DNA from: Rebecca billardiae RCC1528
Lineage: Eukaryota; Protista; Haptophyta
Assembly (NCBI GenBank): GCA_965240325.2
Contig: OZ251230.1
Span: 682,001 to 746,000 of the forward strand
Direction of reading: 5' to 3'
Length of the DNA: 64,000 nucleotides
Below, in pieces: positions 9,192 to 19,582 of the stretch. Under the pieces are notes generated by a model that ran no database searches, was not told the origin of the DNA, and saw only the letters and a program-made list of their open reading frames with translations. Made by a program: the position numbers and the translations under genes. The stretch's first letter is position 1. Each line of letters starts with the position of its first letter.

Positions 9192-11714
9192 TTAATTATA
9201 AAATACACGCTCGTCGATGTCTGCGAGCAGCTCGTCGTCTGCGTCCCCGTCCACGTCGACGGCAAAGATGCCTTCGCGCCACGTCGGGTCGTGTTCCGTC
9301 TGCAGCCGCTCTGCTGCGCGCGCCGCGAGGGCGGACGCGTCGGCTCGGCGCGCGAGGCTCGCAAGGCTGGTGTTGAGCATCCCCAGCATCGGCTCCCACG
9401 GGCGGCGCCACGCGCGTCCCGCCAGGTCGACGTGTGCGGGCACGTCAAAGAGCAGGTCGTACTGCACGGTCGCGTGCGGCTCGAGGTCCCGAGGGACGTG
9501 CACGCAGCACCACGCGTGCGTCCATCGGCTCGCACCCGCGACGAAGGCATCGGCGGCGGCGGCGAGCCGCGCGAGCGCGTCATCCAGCGCAAGGGCGTCC
9601 GCGCCGTCCCCGTCGCGCCGCGCGGCGCCCGCGCTCGGCCCCTCGGCCCACGCCGCGCCGCGCGCGAGCGCGAGCACGTCAGGTGGCTCCCGCAGCTCGA
9701 GCACGAGGGCGTCGTGCGCGCCCGCCGCGGCGAGCAGCGCGCGCGCCGAGCTGAAGTTGGCCGCGTCCAGCCGCGCGCGCCGCGCGTACACCCCCGCGTC
9801 GAAGCGCGGGTGTGCGAAGAAGCTCGACTCGCGCGGCCGCCACTCCTCCGGGATGGCGCCGAGCTCGAGCACGTGGTCAGCCGGACAGCCGCGCACGGGG
9901 AGGCGGACGCGCGAGCGCGGGATGGTGCCGAGGTGCGGCTTGAACCACGTGTCGAGCGCGCAGACGAAGCGCGGGAGGACCAGGCGGCGCCCGAGCGCGC
10001 GCGCGAGCAGCATCGCCGAGCGCAGCCGGCGCAGCTGCCAGTGCGCCAGCCGCATGTGCCCGGGCACCGTGCGGTTCAAAGGCCGCAGCAGGCGGTCGTC
10101 GGCGCGCGGCGGCACGAGCAGCGCTCGCGGCGGCGGCGTGGGCGCGAGCGCGAGGAAGCCCGCCGGCTCGGCCGAGCCCGCGCGGTAGTACGCGTCGTCG
10201 TCGAGCCACAGCTGGCGCTCGCGCAGCCGGTGCACCTTGCCCGGCACTCCGGAGAAGGTGCACGCCGTGTGGTACCCCAGCACCGGCGGCGGCGCCGGAC
10301 GGCCCGCTCGGCGCGCCGCGGCGGCGGCGCGCTCGGGCAAGCGCGCAACGTCGCACGAGCAGCCGTCGCAGAAGGCGGCGATGGGCAGAGCGCCGAAGAC
10401 GAGTGGCTCGAAGCGCGCGCTCGCGCTGCGCCACAGCCTCCGCGGCCACAGGGCCGCGTCCGCGCGCGCGCCCGCAAGGCTGACATTCTCCCTAAGCAGC
10501 TCGTTGAATACGCGCTGGTCCCAGACGGGCCGCCCACCGGCCGCCGCGGCGCGCGCGTTGCCAGCCTCGATGGCCTCGCGCCAGCTGCGCGCGAACGAGC
10601 CGAGGGCGGGCGCGCGCGCGACGAGAATGCCGATATTGATCGCGTTGCTCACCGTCTGCTGCGTCAGCTCGCACGCCTCCAGCCCCCAGTCCGCCACCCC
10701 CGGCCCGACCGCATCCGTTGCCACCAGCAGGTCTGCGCACCCGCACCCCGCGCGCGCCCGGAGCGGCCAGCCCTCGGCCGCGCCCTCGGCATCGGCGGCT
10801 GGCAGCGGCGGCGCGGCGCACGCCGCGGAGCGCCCGGCGGCGGGCGCGAGGTGCCGCGCGAAGAACGGCAGCGGGTCCGAGACGAACGGCGCGTCTGCGT
10901 CCGCGAGGACGACGGTGGGCGCGCCTGCCCCGAGCAGCGCTTGCAGGAAGCTCACCTTGGCCGCACCCATCAGCTTGAAGCGCTCCGTGCCCCAGCCGTA
11001 GTCGGCCGCGGCGCCGCCACCCGCGAGCGGGGTCATCGGCAGCCCGGCGCGCCTGCCCTCGCGCAGCGCGTCCTCGTCGAGCGCGCCCACCACGAAGTGC
11101 GGCAGCCCGACGCGGCAGAGGTGTGCGCCAAACATGCGCGCGAACGGCACGCGCGCGCGGTTCACAAACGTCGCGATGATGAGGCGGCCGAGCGCGTCCA
11201 CTGCGTCCGCCTCCGCGGCGATGCCCGCTGCCACGCCGGCTGGCGCGGTGGCTGCACCGGGCCGGCGCGCGTAGCGCGCGACGAGCTCGGGCAGCGCGGT
11301 GGTGTTTGGCAGCGGCGCGACGCAGGCGAGTGAGCCTGCGCTCCCCACGCGTGGCCACGCCGCCATCGCCGCAGCTAACGCCTCGCGACGCGCGCGTGGC
11401 ACGGGCTTGGGGCTAGGTGGCGATGGGCGGCTGGAGGCCTGTGGGACTGCCGCGTCGACGCCACGCCTGGGGCCCAAGGCCCCGGCGTGATCCGAGGGCG
11501 GCGTCATGTCGTGCGTGCGCGGCCGAGCCGACGCGAGGAACGGCGGCAGAGCTGCGGCGGCTGCCTTCGCTCGCGCCCCGGCGATGCCCATCGGGCGCCT
11601 TGACGAGACGATTCGGCGTGTCTGTAGGATAAGCACGGCGCAGCTCACGAGCACCATGCTCGCCAAGCCACAGGAGAAGAGCAGCCGGCCGCGCCGGCGC
11701 GACGCCGCCGCCAT
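9192..11714 (-). CDS. GT77 nucleotide-diphospho-sugar transferase, XEG113-like arabinosyltransferase (type II membrane protein)
   Basis: N-terminal TM; IIATFVN; VVGALD; DAD (DxD) then DPLPFF; NIGIL; WDQRVFN; GKVHRLRERQLW.D...YY; LARALGRRLVLP; CPADHV; RESSF. Confidence 0.85.
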   Translation of the reverse strand: MAAASRRRGRLLFSCGLASMVLVSCAVLILQTRRIVSSRRPMGIAGARAKAAAAALPPFLASARPRTHDMTPPSDHAGALGPRRGVDAAVPQASSRPSPPSPKPVPRARREALAAAMAAWPRVGSAGSLACVAPLPNTTALPELVARYARRPGAATAPAGVAAGIAAEADAVDALGRLIIATFVNRARVPFARMFGAHLCRVGLPHFVVGALDEDALREGRRAGLPMTPLAGGGAAADYGWGTERFKLMGAAKVSFLQALLGAGAPTVVLADADAPFVSDPLPFFARHLAPAAGRSAACAAPPLPAADAEGAAEGWPLRARAGCGCADLLVATDAVGPGVADWGLEACELTQQTVSNAINIGILVARAPALGSFARSWREAIEAGNARAAAAGGRPVWDQRVFNELLRENVSLAGARADAALWPRRLWRSASARFEPLVFGALPIAAFCDGCSCDVARLPERAAAAARRAGRPAPPPVLGYHTACTFSGVPGKVHRLRERQLWLDDDAYYRAGSAEPAGFLALAPTPPPRALLVPPRADDRLLRPLNRTVPGHMRLAHWQLRRLRSAMLLARALGRRLVLPRFVCALDTWFKPHLGTIPRSRVRLPVRGCPADHVLELGAIPEEWRPRESSFFAHPRFDAGVYARRARLDAANFSSARALLAAAGAHDALVLELREPPDVLALARGAAWAEGPSAGAARRDGDGADALALDDALARLAAAADAFVAGASRWTHAWCCVHVPRDLEPHATVQYDLLFDVPAHVDLAGRAWRRPWEPMLGMLNTSLASLARRADASALAARAAERLQTEHDPTWREGIFAVDVDGDADDELLADIDERVFYN

Positions 11715-12028
11715 CGTTATTGCTCATCATTCGGTCAGGATCATGATAGGCCGCTTACTGTGCACGTTAAAACATAGTAAACTGTACCGTACAGCGGTAC
11801 AGTACGTATGCGAGCAGCAGTGTACAGTAGTACAAGTATAGTGACTGTACGGCGCACTGTACAGCAGCTACCGGCCCTCCAACAGTCGCCAGCCTAGCCC
11901 TTCCAGCTGCGTCGCCGGGTAGCTTACGAAACGGTGATGATGCCAGAGACACTGTGGAGTGCAGCGCGTTCGGATTCATGCAGTCTGACAGCTGCGGACA
12001 GCATTGGCGGCGGCTTGTCGGGTCGTCG

Positions 12029-15000
12029 TCAGACGCGCGCCGTCGTCAGGAACGGGTGCGCGAGCAGCTGGCTCGCGGAGGGCCTCTCCGACGCGTCGCG
12101 CTCGAAGCAGCTGAGCAAGAAGTCGCGCGCGAGCTCGTCCAGGTCGTCCGGCAGCGGCGGCGGCGCGGCCGAGGTGACGATGCGGCACATGACGGTGAAG
12201 GCGTTCATCTCGTGGCCCGGCCGCTCGGGGGTCGCCCACGGGGGCTGGCCGGTGAGCATCTCGAGCACCACGCAGCCCACGCTCCACACGTCGGCCTTGC
12301 GGCCGTACGACGAGCCCGCGATCACCTCCGGCGCCATCCAGAAGGGCGTGCCGTGCAGCGAGTGCAGCGACGAGCGCTCGAGCGAGCGCAGCGACGTGGA
12401 CGAGCCCAGGTCGCCCAGCATGAGCTGTGTGCGCGCGGCCGTGCGGAAGAGGAGGTTGCCTGACTTGATGTCGCGGTGCACGATCTGGTGTGCGTGCAGG
12501 TAGACGACGCCGCTGAGCACCTGCCGCGCGAGCTCGCGCGCGAGCTCGAGGGGCAGCCCGCCCCAGCTGCGCCCGCGCGCGTCGGCGGCGCTCGCGGCGC
12601 GGCCGCCGAGCGCGGGCACGGCGTCTGCCGCGTGCGCGCCGCCCGCCACCTCGTCGAGCAGCTGGCGCAGCGTGCCGCCCTCGGCCAGCTCCATCAGCAC
12701 GTAACGCTCCTCCGCGCGCTCGGCGGGGCCGAGGTAGCGCAGCACGTTCGGGTGCTCGAGCGCGTGCGCCAGCTGCGCCTCCGCCGCGAGCGAGAGCCAC
12801 GCCTGCTCGTTGCTCACGCCGCCCAGCAGCATCTTGGCCGCGGCCGTGCGCCCGTCCGGGTAACACGCCTCGCGCACCACCGAGGAGGCGCCGTGCCCGA
12901 TCACGCGGCCGAGGCGGAGCAGAACGCCGTCGAAGAGGAGGGAGTCGGGCGGGCGCGCGGAGCCTCGCTGCCGCGCTCGGCGCTGCTTCCGCTGCCTCGA
13001 CGGCGGCTGCTGCGCCGGCTGCGTCTGCCTGAGCGCGGAGTGCGCGCCGTGCGCGGCCGCGCTCTGCCCGTCGCCCTCGGCGTCCGAGTCTGTGTCTGCG
13101 TCTGTGTCTGCGTCTGCGCGCTCACGCTCCCAGCGCTCCGCCTCCGCCTCCGCCTCCTCGTCGTCGTCGTCGTCGTCGTGGTCCAGGTCGGTGTCGTCGT
13201 CGATCTCCGCCGTGGCCGGGTCGGACGCGCGCGCGATCTGCCCGCCGAGCGTGCTCACCAGCGACGCGCTCTCGGACCACGCCTCGGTGACGGCGCGCGG
13301 CGGCGTCGGCATCGCGCCGTCGTCGATGCAGTCGCCCAACCCAAAGCAGATCGGGCTGAGGTCCATGCCCTCCAGGTCGCGCTGCCACGCGGCCATGTCG
13401 TCGAGGGCCACGGACTCGAGGTCGTCGGGCAGGCTGACCAGCTCGAACGCCTCGAGCGCGTCGCGCGAGCCCGCCGGGAGCGACTCGTCCACGCTCGCGC
13501 CGCCCGCGGAGCCCGGCGCGCCCGCGCCCGCGCCCGCGCCCGCGCGCGCGCCCGCGCCCGCGCCGCCGGCCGCCGCCTCCGAGTCCAGCACCGAGCTGGC
13601 TGCCGAGCTGGGCGGGCGGCGTGGCGCGGCGCTGCCGACGAGCACGGGGCGGTGGTCGTGCTCGCGCGCGCGGGGCAGCGGGCTCTCGCGCTGGCTCCGC
13701 GCCTGCTGCCCGTCCGCCCTGCCGCCCGGCAGCGACGCGGCGCGCGCACACATCATCACGTGAAACGTCCGGAAGTCTCCGACCGCGTGCACGCGCTGCA
13801 GCACGCGCCACCGCAGCGCGTGGCACTGCTCGTCGGAGGCGACGCAGATCATCGCGCGGGAGAAGACGCGCCACGGCACGCGCACCGCGCGCAGGTGCGC
13901 CTCGAGCAGCTCCGACGCCAGCGCGCCGTACGCCGCGTGCAGCGCGTGCTGCTCGGCGGTGTACTCCACCCCGCTCGTGGCGGCGGCGGCGGCGGCCGGC
14001 CCGCGGAACGGCGCCAAATTGCTTGGGGCGTGCTCAAACGCGCTCAGCGTCTCGTCGTGCTCGAGGAAGTCGAGCGCGGCGCGCAGCGCGTGCACGCGCA
14101 CCTCGAGCACGGCGAGCGCCGCCTCGGCGTGCGCGGCCGCCGTCCGCGCCTCCACCGCCGCCGCGTCCGCCGCGTCCGCGCCCGCCGCGCCGGGCGATGG
14201 CGCGTGCAGTGGCAGCGGCAGCGGCAGCGGCAGCGGCAGCGACAGCGGAGGCGCGGGTGGCGCGTCGGCGTTGGCGCCGTCACCCGCCGCGGCCGCGGCC
14301 GCGGCCGGGGCTGCCTCCCCGGCCTGCTCCGCAAGCAACAGGTCGTCTGCCCCGCCCGGCCGCTCCTCCGCCGCCGGTGCCGCCTCGGCGCTCGGCGGCG
14401 GCGCTGCCTTGTGCGATCGGATCACGCGCTCCGCAACCGAGCGCGCGCGCCTGCGCTCGTTGGCGAGCGTGGCGGGCGAGCCCGGGATGTGGAGCTTGCC
14501 ACCCGCGCGCAGGCGGAAGCTCTTGGACGCGGTGGTCGCGCGCGACGCAGGGCCCGGCGGCACGTCGCCACCGCCGCCACTGCCGCCGCCCTCACCCTCG
14601 CCGCCCTCGCCGCCGTCGCCGCCGTCGCCGCCGCCCTTGCCGTCTGCCGCCGCCGCCGCCGCCGCGACGCCCGCGCGGTTCGGGTAGGCGGGCGCGCGCG
14701 CTGGGGCGAGTGGGCGGCGCGAGCTCAGGTTGGTCACGAGCGGCGGCGGCGAGGACGGCGTGCCCGACACCGACACGCCGCCCGCCCCGCCGGCCGTCGG
14801 CGCAGCTTCAGCAGCGCTGGCCGGGGCCACGGGTGTGGCGGCGGCGCGCGCGCCGTGCGCGCTGCCTCCGAGCGAGACGCGCGCGCGCATGGGCCGCGGC
14901 GGCTGCGCGCCGCGCGGCGGCGAGCGCGTGGGCTGCGCGTGCGCCGCGAGCACCTCGAGCACGCGCCGCCGGTGCAGCCGCTTCGCCAGCGCCCACACGT

Positions 15001-15619
15001 CCTCGCCGCGCACGTCGCACAGCGTCGCGTCCGCGCCCGCCGCAAGCAGCTGCTCGGCAAACTCGGCGGCGCGCGCGGGCGCGGCGTTGCACACGTGGTG
15101 GAGCGGCGTGCGGCCGTCCGAGGAGGGGATGTTGGGGTCGCACTTCGCCCCGATCAGCACCTTGAAGACGCCCAGATGGCCCTCGCGGCACGCCCAGTGC
15201 AGCGCCGTGCGGCCCGCGTTCCTGTCGCGCGCGTCGATCGCCGCGCCGAGCTGGATCAGCTTGGCGGCGGCGCGGCGCGCGCCGGCGAAGGCGGCGCGGT
15301 GGAGCGGCGTCGAGTCGGACAGGTCGCGCGCGTCGAGGTCCGCGCCCGCGCCCACGAGCGCGTCGATGATCTCCACGTGGTCCTCGTACGCAGCCTTGTG
15401 CAGGCAGGTCGTGCAGCTGAGGTCGGCCGCCGCCGGCGACACGCCGCGCTCGAGGTGCTCCTGGACGGTGCGCGCGTCGCCGAGCTCGCACGCGAGGAGG
15501 AGGAGGTACTCGTCCGTCGTGCCATTCGCGCGGGCGCGTGGAGGGCGGGCAGCCTTGACCGCCCGCTCCAGCTGCTGCAACGTGTCCGCGTTGGATGGTA
15601 AACCAAGGGCCATCGTCAT
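12029..15619 (-). CDS. Ankyrin-repeat + BART-like + C-terminal STE11/MAP3K-like Ser/Thr kinase
   Basis: TPLH/TALH ankyrin repeats; EYTAEQHALHAAYGALASELLEAHL (BART/ARL2-binding-like); kinase motifs IGHGASSVV, AAAK, HRDIKSGNLL, DLG, GTPFWMAPEV, ADVWSVGC..LEMLTGQPPW. Confidence 0.85.
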   Translation of the reverse strand: MTMALGLPSNADTLQQLERAVKAARPPRARANGTTDEYLLLLACELGDARTVQEHLERGVSPAAADLSCTTCLHKAAYEDHVEIIDALVGAGADLDARDLSDSTPLHRAAFAGARRAAAKLIQLGAAIDARDRNAGRTALHWACREGHLGVFKVLIGAKCDPNIPSSDGRTPLHHVCNAAPARAAEFAEQLLAAGADATLCDVRGEDVWALAKRLHRRRVLEVLAAHAQPTRSPPRGAQPPRPMRARVSLGGSAHGARAAATPVAPASAAEAAPTAGGAGGVSVSGTPSSPPPLVTNLSSRRPLAPARAPAYPNRAGVAAAAAAADGKGGGDGGDGGEGGEGEGGGSGGGGDVPPGPASRATTASKSFRLRAGGKLHIPGSPATLANERRRARSVAERVIRSHKAAPPPSAEAAPAAEERPGGADDLLLAEQAGEAAPAAAAAAAGDGANADAPPAPPLSLPLPLPLPLPLHAPSPGAAGADAADAAAVEARTAAAHAEAALAVLEVRVHALRAALDFLEHDETLSAFEHAPSNLAPFRGPAAAAAATSGVEYTAEQHALHAAYGALASELLEAHLRAVRVPWRVFSRAMICVASDEQCHALRWRVLQRVHAVGDFRTFHVMMCARAASLPGGRADGQQARSQRESPLPRAREHDHRPVLVGSAAPRRPPSSAASSVLDSEAAAGGAGAGARAGAGAGAGAPGSAGGASVDESLPAGSRDALEAFELVSLPDDLESVALDDMAAWQRDLEGMDLSPICFGLGDCIDDGAMPTPPRAVTEAWSESASLVSTLGGQIARASDPATAEIDDDTDLDHDDDDDDEEAEAEAERWERERADADTDADTDSDAEGDGQSAAAHGAHSALRQTQPAQQPPSRQRKQRRARQRGSARPPDSLLFDGVLLRLGRVIGHGASSVVREACYPDGRTAAAKMLLGGVSNEQAWLSLAAEAQLAHALEHPNVLRYLGPAERAEERYVLMELAEGGTLRQLLDEVAGGAHAADAVPALGGRAASAADARGRSWGGLPLELARELARQVLSGVVYLHAHQIVHRDIKSGNLLFRTAARTQLMLGDLGSSTSLRSLERSSLHSLHGTPFWMAPEVIAGSSYGRKADVWSVGCVVLEMLTGQPPWATPERPGHEMNAFTVMCRIVTSAAPPPLPDDLDELARDFLLSCFERDASERPSASQLLAHPFLTTARV

Positions 15620-15975
15620 GGCTCTCCCCCGTCCGGCGGCGCGCGAAAAAATCGAGCTCACAGGACATGTCCTCGCTCGCGAGCGGCCATGAAGAGGGCT
15701 TAAACAGCCAAATAAAGTCCAAAACCGAATTCAATATTGGCCTCTAGCGGCTAAACCGGTCGTCGTCGTACGATAAACCTGCATGCGCATCAATTCCGGT
15801 CGGAGGTGAGGCCGGCACGAATTCATCATGGAAAGCTCTCCCGACGGTGCCTCCCGACTAGTGGTCCTGTGTTTAAATCATAGAATTGATTGGTCCGTGC
15901 CTCTCCGACCTCTGGCTGATGAACACCCCGCCCCCCCCCCAAATTTGGCAAAAAGTACTCCGCTCGGGTATGGGC

Positions 15976-16054
15976 GGCGTCTCTTATTATTAATAAACTG
16001 TATTGGCGTACTAGCTGTAGTGTGCGTCTCTGCTTATATTCTTAGTAAACTGTA
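15976..16054. mobile_element. Two degenerate copies of the Tc1-type TIR
   Basis: GCGTCTCTTATTATTAATAAACTGTA and GCTGTAGTGTGCGTCTCTGCTTATATTCTTAGTAAACTGTA match the TIR at 16938/18190. Confidence 0.7.
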
Positions 16055-16283
16055 TATGGCCGGGTACTGACGGGCAGGCAGGGCCCTTGGCCTTGTCAAC
16101 ACTCAACAGGCGACCAGGCGTCAGCATCGGGCTCGGCCTCACGGCAGGGCCGCGCGCGCGGCGCGCGTCGCCCTCGGCCCTGCCAGCCCGTAACAGTCTA
16201 ACTGACGCTAACGGCAACGCGGGCGGCGCCCGCCGGTTGAATCGGCCGAGTGAGAGTGCAGCATATCATTCATAAGCATCAAA

Positions 16284-16286
<3 letters not shown>

Positions 16287-16338
<52 letters not shown>
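16287..16338. repeat. (TA)n microsatellite
   Basis: Direct reading. Confidence 0.95.
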
Positions 16339-16364
<26 letters not shown>

Positions 16365-16474
16365 GATGCTGATGATGATGACTGCGCACGAGCAGAAGCA
16401 GTACGATCTGCTTAGCAGGATCAGGATGATAGGACTACACGACAGCGGGTGCAGCTCGGCGGCAGCTAGCCCGG

Positions 16475-16895
16475 CTAGGCTTCACCTGCTGCCTGTGCGC
16501 ACCACTCGTTGCAGTGGGGCTTGTGCGCCTTCCACGAGCTGCGCAGGTGCTCACGCGAGCAGAAGACCGCCACGTGGCACCGCTCGCACTTCTTCAGACC
16601 AGGGCCTGTCCGTCCGCAGGTGGTGCAGCATTGGGAGGCCACCTCTCGAATGCCAGCTGCCGCCGCCAGCCCAGCGCACACTACATCTCTGAGGTCGGGA
16701 TCGAGCTCTTGCCCACGGCGCACCAGCCGCGCGCCCTCCTCCACGTCACGCTCCACTCCCACACCCACCAGCGTCATCGACCCCAGCATGATGTGTGCAA
16801 GTGCAATCCCGCCATCAGCAGCCAGGCGGTACCAGCGCACCGCCTCGCCAGGATCCTGTGCCACGCCCTGGCCTTGCGCGTAGCACACGCCCAGA
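16475..16895 (-). pseudogene. 5'-truncated SEL1-repeat + MYND zinc finger gene
   Basis: LGVCYAQGQGVAQDPGEAVRWYRLAADGG (SEL1); CTTCG..LKKCERCHVAVFCSREHLRSSWKAHKPHC (MYND). Begins mid-repeat at a TIR junction. Confidence 0.75.
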
Positions 16896-16937
16896 ACTAA
16901 GAATAAGAGACGCACACAGCTCAGGCAGGCGAGATTA

Positions 16938-18190
16938 CAGTTTACTAAGAATAAGAGACGCACACAGCTCAGGCAGGCGAAGTGAGGTCATGGGTTCAAA
17001 CCAGTTTCCAAGGTCTCTCTTCGGAGAGCTAGCGTGCGATGAAGGATGGCGCGGCAACCTGCCACAGTGAGCCTTACGCACGTTAAAACAAATAAACTGC
17101 ATGTACTAATAAAATACTGATGGATACAGTTTACACCTCACAATGCTACGAACTTCCGAGTTTTTGAGAATTTCTCAAAGAAGCGCAGATCGGAGGTGAT
17201 CACAATGTCAGATCGTGCGAGATTGCGTGCAGCATCCAATGAACAACCTCAGGCAATGCTCGTAAGGACTAATGACAACTTAATGGTCATTAAAAAAGCA
17301 AGAATTCTCACAAGAAAAACTATAGCTGTAATCCACACAGTCTTCGCGCCACCGCTTCTACTTAATCACAATATGCAACATCTATGCACAACTATAGCTG
17401 TGATCCACACGATCTTCGCGCCACCGTTTCTTCCTATTTACAATATGCAACATGTATGCACATTCGAAAAGAACACATATAATAACAATACAACACAACA
17501 ATCAGGGACGCTGGGGCTGCACAGATATTGTAAGGTAGAGGAAGAATCTAAGCAATCAGCAGCCTTGTAACGCATTAAGAAAAACGGGTGTTACTTCGTC
17601 CGAACACCTAGCAGATAACTAAAATTCACCGCCATATCAGCAGTATCATCATACCTGGCGGAACAACACGCTCCTCGCGAATCTTCCGAGGGTCTACTTG
17701 TTAATGACAGATTCACGTGAACCCTCTCGCCCTCATCAAACCATTCACCATAAACCGATTCACAGCTACACTTCATGCACAACTAATAACGCTGAGGAGC
17801 AGGTTCGGTAGGCCACGCACCCAGTCGCCCGATGCAGGCAAGCCCGGGTGGTCCAGACACGCCGCTGAGATAACCTGCGATCATGCACGAAGACGTGTGC
17901 ATCGCGGCGCCGAACGCCGGTCGAAGGGGAGCAGCACAACCGGCTCTCTCGATCGGCGCACCACCAACGCAAGGCTCGTCAGGGCCAACGCCGCCACCGT
18001 CTGACGACCCGGACCCATCAATCACACACGCCCTCGGTCTGTGACTTGTGATCCTTACGCACGTTAAAACAAATAAATAACTCGCGGCATCATGTATTGA
18101 TAACATACTGGAGGATACATAGTTTATATTACCTCGCCTGCCTGACTGTGTCACCTGTGTGCGTCTCTTATTCTTACTACTAGTAAACTG
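16938..18190. mobile_element. Non-autonomous Tc1/mariner-type element with TIRs of about 43 bp, TA flanks and internal cargo
   Basis: TA|CAGTTTACTAAGAATAAGAGACGCACACAGCTCAGGCAGGCGA... at left; inverted copy ...GTAAACTG|TA at right. No transposase ORF. Confidence 0.75.
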
Positions 18191-18467
18191 TACTAAGAAT
18201 AAGAGACGCACACAGCTCAGGCAGGCGAGATTGACGCCCGCCAACTGTCACCCCCATGAACTATGAAGCCGTCGCCGATGCCAACGGACACGGTCGCAAG
18301 CGAGATTGACCCCCGCCAACTGTCACCGCATCGGCGCATGAAGCCGTCGCCGACGGTCCTAGCGCCGTCGGAAGATTCATTCAGCCGTCCGCCTGCGACG
18401 CCCTGCGAGGCCTGGAAGAGGGCACAGTAGCAGTGCCTTCGAGCGCGCAGTTGCATCGGCATCCTCG

Positions 18468-19582
18468 TCATTTGCAATCGGTGCACTTCCAGAGCTCACC
18501 CGCCATCCGGAACTCGATGCCAAGAAGAAGCCGCACGAGATCGAGCATGATGAGCACGAGCATGCCTGAGCCGAGGGCCTCCATGCACGTCTGGTAGAGC
18601 GAGTACTTGCTCCCGCCCTCGTCGAGCCGGAAGAAGACCTGAGGGTGGGCGGCCGGTGCGCGCGGCACTCAGCAGGGAGCGCTGAGGCAAGGGGAGGGAA
18701 GGGAGGGGCGGCGAGCCCAGAGCCCGGCGCGGGCGAAGCGCGCACCGGGAAGCTCACGATGAAGTAGATGCCGTAGAACGCCGAGCCGACCGTGTACGCC
18801 ATGTACCGGTCCTCGAACGAGTAATCCGGGTACGCGGAGATGGTGAACGTCTCCATGAACGCGGTGAAGTACGAGAACGCGAGGATGGCCGCCGCGACGA
18901 ACACGCGTCGCGCGAGCGTCGGGCGGAAGTGCGTGGTGATCTTGCGCAGCATCATGTTCGAGAGCGTGTGGTACGTCGTGAAGTAGAAGTGCGTCGCGAA
19001 CGTCATGGCGATGGGCACGTCGTTGAGCCGCCACGACGGCATCGTGTACTTGGCGCGCAGCACCGTGTAGAAGTAGTGCGTGTACCTGCACGCGTGAGAG
19101 CGGGCGGGGCGGGAGCGCGGGCGCGGTGTCGGGACAGAGCTCCGAGCGCACACGCCCTCGCGCGGCCCGCTTGGCCCCACGGCGCCGCCGTACCAGTAGT
19201 TGCCAATGTGCGAGAAGATGAGGATCCACACGTTTGCTTTGAAGCTGTACCGCTCTGCGAGCGGCGCATTCGGCTCCTTGGTGCCAAGCGGCGCGACGAG
19301 AGGCTGAAGCAGCAGAGGCAGCGCGAGGCCGCCACAGACGACGATGTACCCCACCTGGTCCATCGTCTCGTACACCTTGAAGCCGACGATCATCGCGAAG
19401 CAGCCGATCCAGAACGCCGAGTAGCCAAGCGACCAGACCTCGTACCGGTACTTGGACTCGTTGCCTTTTGGCTCGGGCAGCCAGTTGCCGGGGGCGCTGT
19501 ACGGCGAGAGCGCGAAGCTCAGCGCGTACAGCGCGCCAAGTTGCGCGAAGAAGATGAGCACCATCACGATGACGATGTCCAT
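18468..19582 (-). CDS. CPI1: Cycloeucalenol cycloisomerase (cyclopropyl sterol isomerase); introns 19086-19193 and 18639-18745
   Basis: KANVWILIFSHIGNYW|YTHYFY.VL.A.YT.PSWRLNDVPI; AFMET.TI..YP.YSFEDR.MAY.VGSAFYGIYFIVSFP|VFFRLDE; LDLVRL. Confidence 0.92.

Noticed and set aside
12476-15601. Very long antisense or alternate-frame ORFs (also 22840-25530, 33507-35756, 53547-55919, 57973-61521)
   Set aside because: These are shadow ORFs caused by extreme GC content and codon bias opposite recognisable genes; they are Arg/Ala/Ser-rich with no motifs.
16944-16965. Nextera adapter contamination (GTCTCTTAT similarity)
   Set aside because: Only a short match, and diverged copies with indels exist elsewhere in the window, so it is genomic.
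16896-16982. Spliced-leader relics or a telomere-like 48-bp repeat upstream of a gene
   Set aside because: The motif also occurs inverted at 18131-18190 with CAGT termini and TA flanks, which fits a Tc1/mariner TIR better. It is absent from the 5' ends of intact genes.
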